Source: Ylistrum balloti
Lineage: Eukaryota
NCBI RefSeq assembly: GCF_031769215.1
Contig: NW_026782212.1
Location: forward strand, 806,001-870,000
Direction of reading: 5' to 3'
Length of the DNA: 64,000 bases
Part shown: in pieces, positions 13,294-25,200 of the stretch
Numbering within the stretch: the stretch's first letter is position 1
Layout of the letters: each line of letters starts with the position of its first letter
The notes under the pieces: model-generated
The model's input: the letters and a program-made list of their open reading frames with translations, nothing else
Database searches by the model: none
Told to the model about the DNA's origin: nothing
Position numbers and translations under genes: made by a program

Positions 13294-16200
13294 CTGGATA
13301 AATACAAACCATATGTAATTACAAATTCTGTTCCACAATCTAGCAGAATTCAGTATTAAAGGAAATAAATAGTACACTCTGTTGTGGCAAGGGTGCGTTT
13401 ACTTATTGTTAAACTACAAATATCTATATAGCAACTGAAATACTAAATGTATTTATGGAGCTAATGTGGCTTACATTTACCTTTGATAGAAATGTAGGAA
13501 ATGCATAAAGTTTGCTTACGTTCCAAATAAAATTCCGTCTTCAAGGGTTTCCGGCAGATCTTGATTCAGGGTTTCCGGTAAATGTAAAGCAAGAACTCCC
13601 GCCACAATAGTCGCTACTCCAAACACGACTAATGGGAAGGCCTTCCCCATTTTGCCCCCGATTTTATCTCCCTGAAAGTATACAGGACAGACAGATTGTG
13701 CCAAGTTTCTAGTTTCCTACTATCTCACTTGCATGGAACACAAATAACCACCTTCTGTATAGTGTTTGCAGTATTGCGAAATTACACTTTTTTGCTATTG
13801 TCCATGAAACGGTTCCTTTCACTGATAGTATTAACACATAATGAACTATCATAAACACGAACTGTCACAATACACGTCACTTTCAGTATATTGCTAATTT
13901 ATTTGCTAGTATAAAAAAATTGCGCATTGGACGAGGTAAGCGTTTCGCCGACACATGCATCGTTGAACGTGATAGATTCGACGGGGCTTCTGTAATGGTT
14001 TTGGAAGGCATCGCCCATAGAGTAAAACAACCTTAGTGGTCCCGGATCCAAACCGCAATGCTGTTCGATACAGAGACCAGATCTCCAATCACATGTCCTT
14101 CCACTTCTCAAACGTCATAACCTAGTTTTCCAGCAAGACAATGCTTGACCGCATGTTGCTAGAGTCTGTCGTGACTTTTTTCTCATGGCATACAATGTTT
14201 GGCCCCCATATAGCCCTGACATGTCTCCCATTGAGTATCGGTGAGAAGAGCTGGACAGGCGTATTAGGAAACGTCAAACGACAAAATATCATAGGCTATT
14301 GATTGCATAATTTAATTGTACGTATAGATTCTTCCCATCCAAATCTTTAGATCTTATATATGGCATCCTCGATATCTCAGGGGTTACGATCACTTCCGCT
14401 CTCTACACCCCTGGTCATTATTGAAGGCACATCCGCAATAACTGGATTGGTTTCAGGAGAAAATAAACACCAATCACGGGCTGATACGATCCTTTTAAAG
14501 ATTACAAACTAGAGATACCTAACTTCAAAGCTATAACAATATACCGTTATGCATTCCCGAAATTCGTTTGATGTACATTAAAGTATCAAACTAGTCTTTT
14601 CGTGTTGTCTACAAGGTGTCGAACATGGAACCTTCTATTTTGCCATAACATCTTCCAGGTGCAGAGAGCGAAAATGATTGTAAACCCTGGAGTATCGAGG
14701 ATGTAGTGATCGTAACCCCTGGAGTATCGAGGATGTAGTGATTGTTACCCCTGGAGTATCGATGATGTAGTGATCGTAACCCCTGGAGTATCGATGATGT
14801 AGTGATTGTAACCCCTGGAGTATCGATGATGCAGTGATTGTAACCCCTGGAGTATCTATGATGTAGTGATTGTAACCCCTGGAGTATAGAGGATGTAGTG
14901 ATTGTAACCCCTGGAGTATAGAGGATGTAGTGATTGTAACCCCTGGAGTATCGAGGATACAGTAATTGTAACCCCTGGAGTATCGATGATGCTATATGGT
15001 GATTCAGCACGAAACAGAAAATACCAGTATTTTATGACAGTGAAACACAACGTTTTGATCCAATATAATCTTTTGTTTGTAAACCCTTTATCATGGTTTC
15101 GGAGTATGTTATAATTTTAACCTCGATAAAACCTTGCCACAGAACTGGTTGAATCAGGTTTATGGTGGCGAGATGGTTCGTGCAACAAACATGATTGATC
15201 ACGAAGAAGGATGGCTATGGAACGTGATGAAATAGAATGTAGTGTGATTTGAATAAAGAAATGTTTTCTACTTTGATCCCGCCTTGACTTGTTCCAAAAG
15301 AAAGAAGAAATGTTTGGCTATGTTACATAATACTTGTACTTTGTTATACCGGGTCTACTCTTTAAGTTATCGCTATCCTATCAATAATACTTTTCCCCTA
15401 TCAACCCCCTCCATCCAACCACTCATACTATTATTCAATCAACCCCCTCCATCCTATCCACTAATTCTCTTCCCTCATCAACCCCCTCCCCTTCCCTCCA
15501 ACCTACCACTAATACTCTTCCCCTATCAACCCCCTTCCCCTCCCCTTCATCCTACCACTAATACCTTTCCGTTATCAACCCCCTTCCCCTCCATGCTACC
15601 ACTAATACATTTCCCCTATCAACCCTCTTTCCCCTTCATCATACCGCGGGCTCATTCGATCCTTTTGAAGATTACAAAAGAGAGACACCTAACTTCAAAG
15701 CTATAACAATATACCGTTATACATTCCCGAAATTCGTTTGATGTACATTAAAGTATCAAACTAGTCTTTTCGTGTTGTCTACAAGGTGTCGCAAGTGGAA
15801 CCTTCTATTTTGCCACTGGCATGTTCCAAGTGCAGAGAGAAAGTGATTGTAACCATTAGAGTATCGATGATGTAGTGATGATTGTAACCCCTGGAGTATC
15901 GAGGATGTAGTGATCGTAGCCCCTGGAGTATCGATAATGTAGTGATTTTAACCCCTGGAGTATCGAGGATGTAGTGATTGTAACCCACGGAGTATCGATG
16001 ATGTAGTGATTGTATCCCCTGGAGTATCGAGGATGTAGTGATCGTAACCCCTGGAGTATCGAGGATGTTGTGATCGTAACCCCTGGAGTATAAAGGATGT
16101 AGTGATTGTAACCCCTGGAGTATTGAGGATGTAGTGATTGTAACCCCTGGAGTATAGAGGATGCAGTGATTGTAACCCTAGGAGTATTGAGGATGTAGTG

Positions 16201-19200
16201 ATTGTAACCCTAGGAGTATTGAGGATGTAGTGATTGTAACCCTAGGAGTATTGAGGATGCAGTGATTGTAACCCTAGGAGTATTGAGGATGTAGTGATTG
16301 TAACCCCTGGAGTATTGAGGATGTAGTGATTGTAACCCCTGGAGTATAGAGGATGTAGTGATTGTAACCCCTGGAGTATCGAGGATGTAGTGATTGTAAC
16401 CCACGGAGTATCGATGATGTAGTGATTGTATCCCCTGGAGTATTGAGGATGTAGTGATTGTAACCCTAGGAGTATTGAGGATGCAGTGATTGTAACCCTA
16501 GGAGTATTGAGGATGTAGTGATTGTAACCCTAGGAGTATTGAGGATGTAGTGATTGTAACCCTAGGAGTATTGAGGATGTAGTGATTGTAACCCTAGGAG
16601 TATTGAGGATGTAGTGATTGTAACCCTAGGAGTATTGAGGATGCTATATGGTGATTCAGCACGAAACAGAAAATACCAGTATTTTATGACAGTGAAACAC
16701 ACCGTTTTGATCCAATATAATCTTTTGTTTGTAAACCCTTTATCATTGTATCGGAATATGTTAATTTTTTAACCTCGATAACATCTTGACACAGAACTGG
16801 TTGGATCAGGTTTATGGTGGCGAGATGGTTCGCGTAACAAACATGAGTGATCACGGAAAAGGATGGCTATGGAACGTGATGAAATAGAATGTAGTGTGAT
16901 TTGAATAAAGAAATGTTTTCTGCCTTTATCCCGCCTTGACTCGTTCCAAAAGAAAGAAGAAATGTTTGGCTATGTTACATAATACTTGTACTTTGTTATA
17001 CCGTGTCTATTCTTTTAAGTTATCACTATCCTACCAATAAACTCTCTCCCTATTAACACCCTAAATCCTGCAACTAATGCTTTTCCCCTATCAACCCCTA
17101 CCCCTTTCATCCTACCGCGGGCTCATACGATCCTTTTAAAGATAAAAAAGGAATGACACCTGACCTCAAAGGTATAACAATATACCGTTATGCATTCCCG
17201 AAATTCGTTTGATGTACATTAAAGTATCAAACTAGACTTTTCGTGTTGTCTACAAGGTGTCGCACGTGGAACCTTTATTTGCCATGTTCCAGGTGCAGAG
17301 AGAAAGTGATTGTAACTATTAAGTATCGAAACCTTGAAACATAACTTGTTGAATCAGGTTTACGGTGGCGAGATGGTTCGTGTAACAAACATGAGTGATC
17401 ACGGAGAAGGATGGCTACGGAACGTGATGAAACAGAATGTAGTGTGATTTGAATAAAGAAATGTTTTCTGCCTTGATCCCGCCTTGACTCGTTCCAAAAG
17501 AAGGAAGAAATGTTTGGCTATGTTACATAATACTTGTACTTTGTTATACCGTGTCTATTCTTTTAAGTTATCACTATCCTACCAATAAACTCTCTCCCTA
17601 TTAACACCCCCAATCCTGCAACTAATGCTTTTCCCCTATCAACCCCTACCCCTTTCATCCTACCGCGGGCTCATACGATCCTTTTAAAGATAAAAAAGGA
17701 ATGACACCTGACCTCAAAGGTATAACAATATACCGTTATGCATTCCCGAAATTCGTTTGATGTACATTAAAGTATCAAACTAGACTTTTCGTGTTGTCTA
17801 CAAGGTGTCGCACGTGGAACCTTCTATTTGCCATGTTCCAGGTGCAGAGAGAAAGTGATTGTAACTATTAGAGTATCGAAACCTTGAAACATAACTTGTT
17901 GAATCAGGTTTACGGTGGCGAGATGGTTCGTGTAACAAACATGAGTGATCACGGAGAAGGATGGCTATGGAACGTGATGAAACAGAATGTAGTGTGATTT
18001 GAATAAAGAAATGTTTTCTGCCTTGATCCCGCCTTGACTCGTTCCAAAAGAAGGAAGAAATGTTTGGCTATGTTACATAATACTTGTACTTTGTTATACC
18101 GTGTCTACTCTTTAAGTATTCGCCATCCTGCCAATAATACTTTCCCCCTATCAACCACCTCAATCCATCAACTCATACTCTTCCCCATCAACCCCCTTAA
18201 TCCTCCCACTAAAACTCCTCCCCTATCAACCCCCTCCATCCAACTACTCATACTCTTCTTCATCAACCCCCTCAATCCTACAACTAATACTTTTCTCCTA
18301 TCGACCCCCTTCCATCCTACCACTAATAATCTTCCCCTACCAACCCCCTTACCCCTCCATCCTACCAGTAATAATCTTCCCCTTACCCCTCCATCCTACC
18401 AGTAATACTCTTCCCAACCAAACCCCTCCCCCTCCATCCTACCACTTATACCCTTCCCTACCCCTATCCTACCGAAAATACTCTTTCTCTACTCCTACCT
18501 CCATCCCCTACATATCTTTTTTTCACACCTCACATTACTCACCTATCATTGTCAAAATGCGTCCAATTTTTTTAATCTTATATATGTACATTAATGAAGA
18601 CATGTTGCCTACATGCCGGTTGTCGTATTGGGCCGTTTTCATACAGCATAATGTATGTCCATGGCTCCCTATGACAGCTATTTTTGTGTCCTAGTTCATT
18701 GTCTATTAATATAGATATGTAAATACTTCTTCTAAATTCTCTCTGTATTGTATTGTTCGACGTTCATGTTAAATCGAATTAATCAATATTGTTTAACCCA
18801 AACTTGAGCGTTTCTTCCGTCTTACAAAACTTCACAAATTTCCTCTAAATGGCTTCAGTGAACTGGCTTACCGAATCAGCAATGAATGGCGCTGCAATGG
18901 CCCCTAATCTGGCAACACAAGAGCTCGCTCCCATCCCTGCGTTACGCACTACAGTTGGGAATAGCTCAGCGGAGTACATATATATGATGGCAAACGCTGC
19001 CGCAGCCCCTAGTTTCCCCAACATGGCTAGAGTTGTGGTCAGGGGCTGATATTCTGTAAACAATGTAATGTTGGCGGTGTTTATTTATTTATTCTTGAAT
19101 GATCTTAATGTCAAGATTATTTCAATATTAATCTAATATAGAAATATAAATGTGTTATCAACGAACGATTGATTTTTTAAAAGTGCTTTAATTGAATGAA

Positions 19201-22200
19201 TGTTCAATTAATAAAAACTGATGTAGGGATATTTAAGTGAAGATATCGATAAGAACGTTATTAATTTGCAGTCGCCTTTCAATTAGACACCCAGGGTTCG
19301 ATTCCCCGAACGGGGTCACCTGCCGTGCAAAAAAAAGTAATGGATATAAGTTGATAGCTTCTTCCGCAATTGTTAAGAAAATATATGTAAAGATATTGAA
19401 AGCGCTACAATACTACAATGTTATGGACAAGGTAAGCGACAACATTTACATACATTTTACTTACTTTTGTCTAAATACAGAATAGGGAATATTGTGGAGA
19501 GGCAGAACAACCCGCCCATGATCATACTGATGCAATGAAGCCACTTCCGCCCAACCCTGTCCACCAAGAGCATGACAAGAGTGTAGGCCGGGAACTCCAC
19601 CAGACCAGACAGGAAGAAGTTCAAGAAGTAGTTACCCCCAAGGTTACCGGAGTTAAGGGACAGACCATAATAGGCCATTGTCACCATGCACCTAAAGACA
19701 AAGAAAATATAATTTCGTTAAATTATTGAATAATCATGAACTTTGGACTAGGGAAATATTATAGTATTTCTATCATATACAAAAAGAAAATATAATTATT
19801 CCATTCCTGTCTATCCTGTAACTATGGAGAAAGTTAAACCCCTTTTTGCATCGCTGTCACCTTACTCCAGTAGAAATTGAAAATACATTCTGTAAAGTCA
19901 CCACTGTGCGACGCTGGAAAGATAACAGCATCAAGGTATTTGCTTTAAATTGTTCACCTGTTATTACGGCCGTCAGATTGTTAGTGTATGATATACTGAC
20001 AACGTCAGTTAAATATGAAGCATTCCCTAGCACGTGATAGAATCTCGTGACTGTTCTCAACAGTATTATTAATACCTCTTGGTATAATTAAAATTTCAGT
20101 AATAAAGTTAGTGTTTTAAGTATGAACCTACCAATTTACAAAAATCACCAAAGTTCTTAAGCATAACACCCGTGAGGTAAAGAGCTGCCAGACTCTCCCG
20201 TCATTTTGTTTACCGTCGTCAGTTTCCTTGTCCGATACTTGTAACAGATTATCATTTAACACGACCTTGTTCACCTTGGCTACCTTCTGTAGGACGACCT
20301 TGGCTTCTTCATATCTATGTTTGGTAATAAGCCATCTTGGCGACTCCGGCAATAGCCTTCGATTATAGAAGATTGTAAAAAAAAGAACAAACTTTGCGAA
20401 ATATTGTAACATAGGGAACAAAGAAGAGGAAAAAACAGTCATGAAATGTATTCATTACACGCAACATCACTTCTCGGAATGCACAAGATGGTACAGGTCA
20501 TCCAACGTTATGTTACTACATGTGGTACCCGTTATAATATCACGTTTATGCCACATAGGATATTCACCATTGCATTCTTATTTATCACATGTGGTATCGT
20601 CTAATGTCTTTTGTAAATATAGAGTATCATTCATTGTATTTCACGTCACCATATGTGTTACCCGCCTATTGCTTTCTATTAGCATTCGTCCTAGTGTAGC
20701 TTGTCACCACATTTGATACCTGTACCCGTCTAATACCTCTTGCAAGCATAGAGTATCCGTTGTTATGTTCCCAGTCACCACATGTGGAACCAGTCTAATA
20801 TCTTGTCAACTTAGATCGTCCGTCATTGTGTTGTGGTACCAGTATATTGTATTCTGTTAACATAGAATATCCATTATTGTGTTCACAGATACCACATGTG
20901 GACCCGTCTAATGTATTTTGTCGACAATGATTATCCGCCATTATGTTATGATACCCATCTAATTTCTCTCATGTACATAGTGTATTCGTCATTGTGTTCC
21001 CAGTCTCCACATGTGTTTTCCGCCGATGAGTTACCCCGCCAGAGGAAGGAATGTGCTGAATGACTAACCAACATTTCTATCGAATTATATAATGCTTAAT
21101 TTCTTTCCAATAATTCATTATATGTATATAGTGACTTCAATATTCCAATTTTTAAAAAAAAACAACAGATGTCTCACCACCAATAGGTCAGGATAATACT
21201 GAATGGAGCAGCACATGCTATCTCTATATATTTCCAGTGACGAATTAAGTAAGCTATTCCAGACAGGATTATTAGACCCAACGCAAAGAAGTACTCGCTG
21301 ACGATTCCGGCAAACGTTCGCTTTGTGGGTCCTACAAGTTCCATTCCTGTAATATGACAATTGACAGTATTATGTTACGTATGGTTTTCTACATTATTGA
21401 TACTAGTACAACATTCGTATACGTTTGAAAACATTAAGACGCTCAAGTGCTTCCGTGTTTAAAAGTGAAAACAAAATTAAAATCAAATTGAATTGGAAAA
21501 TTTAGTTTCCTGACAAATAACACAACACAATACCTGTATTATAACTATAACAAAAGGCACTGGTTGTTTTCGGATTCGAAAAATGAAGATAATACCTGAT
21601 ATTATTTACAGCTGTCTTGAAGGAATATAGACTATTATACGTACCGATCACAAATCCGACTAAGAAGACTCCCTGAGTTGTCGCCCCTATAGCGGTCATG
21701 AATATGGCGAACGCAATATAGTTTGGACTGAACGCTAAAGCCAAAGTTGAGGCCAACATAAGAATGACTCCGATGTAGAATGTTTTTTTCCGTCCGATTC
21801 TGGTGAGATATGTCAGTACATCATGTGGTAATATCTTACGTCCTCACTGTACAATACTAGCTACATAAAGGTATTTTTATAGAGTTATTCCATTAGTGTC
21901 TGCGTATTTATTGTTTATCTGTGGTGTCTTTTAGTATAGTTTCAATTCAAAATATAAAATGAACATATGAATTTACAAAAAAAAAGCCAAAACGTAACCT
22001 GCAATTCGCTCAACTCTAAACCTTTAACTGAGAAGTTACCTGACTTTATTTCAAGACTGTTTTTTTTTAATTCGTTAAAAACTGCATTTTGTACTTCTAG
22101 AGCAAACATCACATACATAGAATACCGTGTTTGAAACAGATAACAGGGTTAGTCTGGGTAACATGTAGTACTATATCGTATAAGGTCAGTAAAAATACCA

Positions 22201-25200
22201 TTTAACGACATAACGTAAGTTGATAAAATGTAGAACTATCGCCAGGATGGCCAACTTATAATCCCCGCTACCCAATCAACGGAGACCCCTCAGGTAAATT
22301 GTTTATAATGTGTTAGAATGAGCTCTCAATATACAAAACTGAACTACAGGAAGAATGGTCCGGACAAAAGGACGTGTAAAACGTAAGAGAAGAGCATTTC
22401 AGAAAGAATAATGGAAATAAATAGACCCCCAAAATTAATCGCAGGTGTACAACTTCAGTCTTGAATCTCCATATAGTTTCGATGAAAACTGTGGGAGTTG
22501 TTCAGACAAGATTCCCTAAATTTCTTTTCGGCGGTATAACAACACCGGTGAGCACAACCTACTTGTACAAGGTCAGTTAGAATGAAATGAATGCCAGGTA
22601 AAAACGTTACAAGCTCATTAAGTTTAATTGTGTAAAGGGAGAATTGACGTATGTCCCGACCGAGTCTTCATAAACACAGCCTTTGTAAAATTGATAATTT
22701 CATTCTCAAAAAGAAAATGATAAAAGTAGACCAACAACAAACTTGTAGACAAAATGAAATAAAAGAGTGAACTTACCCGTCAGATAAGTTACCAAAGGTG
22801 AACGCACCTATCAGAATCCCCACAAAGAATAAAGACTTTGATAGGGGTGGCTTATTGGAGTCATCACAGACAAGATTATGCTACAATAAAAACATATAAA
22901 TATGTAGAAAAGAATTAAAAAGATAATTTTTTATTGACAAATATATGTTCAATTTTACAGTGAAGCGATACCATACTTCGGTTGGCTTCTGGCAGCTACC
23001 GTATTGTGTTTACTACGTAATTCATTAAATAGCATTTCACATGTTGATACATGTATATACCAGGATAACAACATCACGCGAGAGTGATTGTACTAAATTC
23101 AGATCATCTGACATTCTTTCGAATGATGAATAAAACATTTCGTGTCATGATCGCAATGGGAAAACAGTGATGGTCTTAAATTCAGATTAAAACTCGGCAT
23201 ACTCTCAAACATAGACGAGCCTGGTTTGGTCTGGCCTGGTATAGCTTTGTCCGGTAAGGCCCGGCCTGGCCCGGTATTATCTGGTCTCGTAGTATAATTA
23301 TTTCCCCGATAAATGTGAGATCGATCATTGAACATCAATATATCAAAACCTTAGTAAAGTTATCAACTAATTACTGAATAGGATGTCAACAAACGAAAGT
23401 TGTCCCTGAAGCCATTGTTTTAAAAACCATTCGACCTGATCTTAATCCATCACGCCTAGTTTTGTATCGTGACATTGACTGTTTTAGACATAGCAAGGTG
23501 AGTGGTCTGAAGTCGAGCTTTAAGGGGGACGCCATAATGTTCACATTAGCCAAAGTCAGATATATTAGCTTTATACAAAAAATAACATATTGATTCCATG
23601 TTTTATAAGGACATATAACATTATGTGAAATGTTTGACTTTTCGTTACTAAATTTATTTATTCATAGCAACATAACAATTACGAGAAATATATACTTCTT
23701 GTAAAAGCTATTATTTTAAACTTAATCATTGGATCAACAATATTAAAATACACATGGCAAATGAGAATGTCACGATATCTATGTGGTCAGCGTACATGTT
23801 GTACCTGGGTTAGTTACCCACAACATAGACAGCTGTGTTATCGGCATCAAATTGCAGGAGGAAGATTAGCATAAAACTCTCTTTTCTTTTCCTCAAGTGA
23901 TGTACTTCCGCTAGAAACATCTAATTGATAACAGATTATCTTTATAGCTATACGCTTACACCGTTAATCTAAAACCGATTTTCCAATAAACTGCGAGAGA
24001 ATATAATTTAAGACCAGCCGAACTACTTGCTTTCATAATATTTAGACAAAGTTCGGCAAAAATAAACAGAGCTATGAAACCAGACCGAAAAGGATCAGAA
24101 CACGATATTACATCAAAGTTCGTGACTTTGGTCGGTAACATTGTGCAAATGAAGGGTATGTTGTAAAGAAGAGAACAAAGAACTTACTCAGAATTTGGTG
24201 AGACAATCTAATTAGGGAAATAATTCAGAATGTTGTATTTCATGAATGTTTAGGTCATCTGAAGCGAAAGGTCAAGATGACCTATAATCATCGTGATTCG
24301 CCTGCCGTCGTCCGCCATTCGCTGTCCGTAAACTTTTCCTTTAAATCGCTACTCCTCCTTAACTTTAAAGTCTGAGTGGCTATCGACCTGATTTGGTCTG
24401 AAACGTCATTGTGAGTGAGTAGTTATTTCTTGAATTCAGAAAGATGATTTGACTTCTGAGACACCACTCGTCCGTATAGAGACTTAACGGATAGATCTCG
24501 TTATTTATTGATTTTTCTATGATGCGTTTGATATAGAGAAATTATAATATATATATATTATAGTATAATATCATTATCATATTGTAGTTTTAATTAGACT
24601 ATTCACAAAATAATAGCACTTTTTGAGGAAAATTGATAAAGATTATCATCTTCTAACGCTGGTCGACATCGCCGTTCACTGTTTTGATCGGAGATAGCCG
24701 AGTTCATCACATGACCTTTCGGAACTTCGTATTATTCCGCCGAAAAAGGTACCCAGGGTAAGTGTAAACATTTGTCGCGTGAAGTCAGAAGAAGTGATAA
24801 ATTTGAAATTGTATAACGGGTATGATCTCTATGAACATCCTCCACGCATTTGTATCGCTATATGGATAACAGATGTGGATAAAGTAAGGTATGATATGGA
24901 CGTCCAACGATTATAATTCTTACACTTTACTTTCGAAGTTTCCAACATGGATTTGGCTTCCAAATGACAATTATGAAATTGTACGGGCTAATTTAATTTA
25001 ATCTGTGCAGTCTAACTTCTGTGACGTCGTTGTTATACTATCACAACAAAGATGCACCAGATCTGGAATAAAGTAAACAGGACTAGAAGTACAGACGACT
25101 GATCTAGCCGATCTTTTGAGCGCAATCGTTTAGAAGCTTTGCTTTACTGATTCTTCCAAACAAGGCTTACTCGCCGAAATATACGCTATTTAATTCCAAT

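Larger units (their letters stand above)
14475..18520. repeat. Macrosatellite of four related units in SLC22 intron 8 (starts about 14475, 15644, 17115, 17663)
   Basis: Each unit repeats cgggctcatacgatccttt...cattcccgaaattcgtttgatgtacattaaagtatcaaactag...tgaatcaggttta(t/c)ggtggcgagatggttcg...aaagaagaaatgtttggctatgttac and ends in a C-rich tract. Confidence 0.95.

Noticed and set aside
14609-18405. ORFs of 60-140 aa in SLC22 intron 8 ([20 protein letters not shown] and Pro/Leu-rich ORFs)
   Set aside because: They are translations of the 32-bp minisatellite and the C-rich low-complexity tracts.
19273-19315. Functional tRNA gene
   Set aside because: Only the T-arm/B-box half is recognisable; there is no D arm, A box or acceptor stem.
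18849-19729. Plus-strand ORFs 18849-19049 and 19535-19729
   Set aside because: They are antisense shadows of SLC22 exons 8 and 7.
21780-22790. LSDGIGRK instead of DRxGRK in MFS motif A as a sign of a damaged transporter
   Set aside because: To my knowledge the residue after Asp varies among invertebrate SLC22 proteins. The codon spans a clean splice junction and the rest of the ORF is intact.
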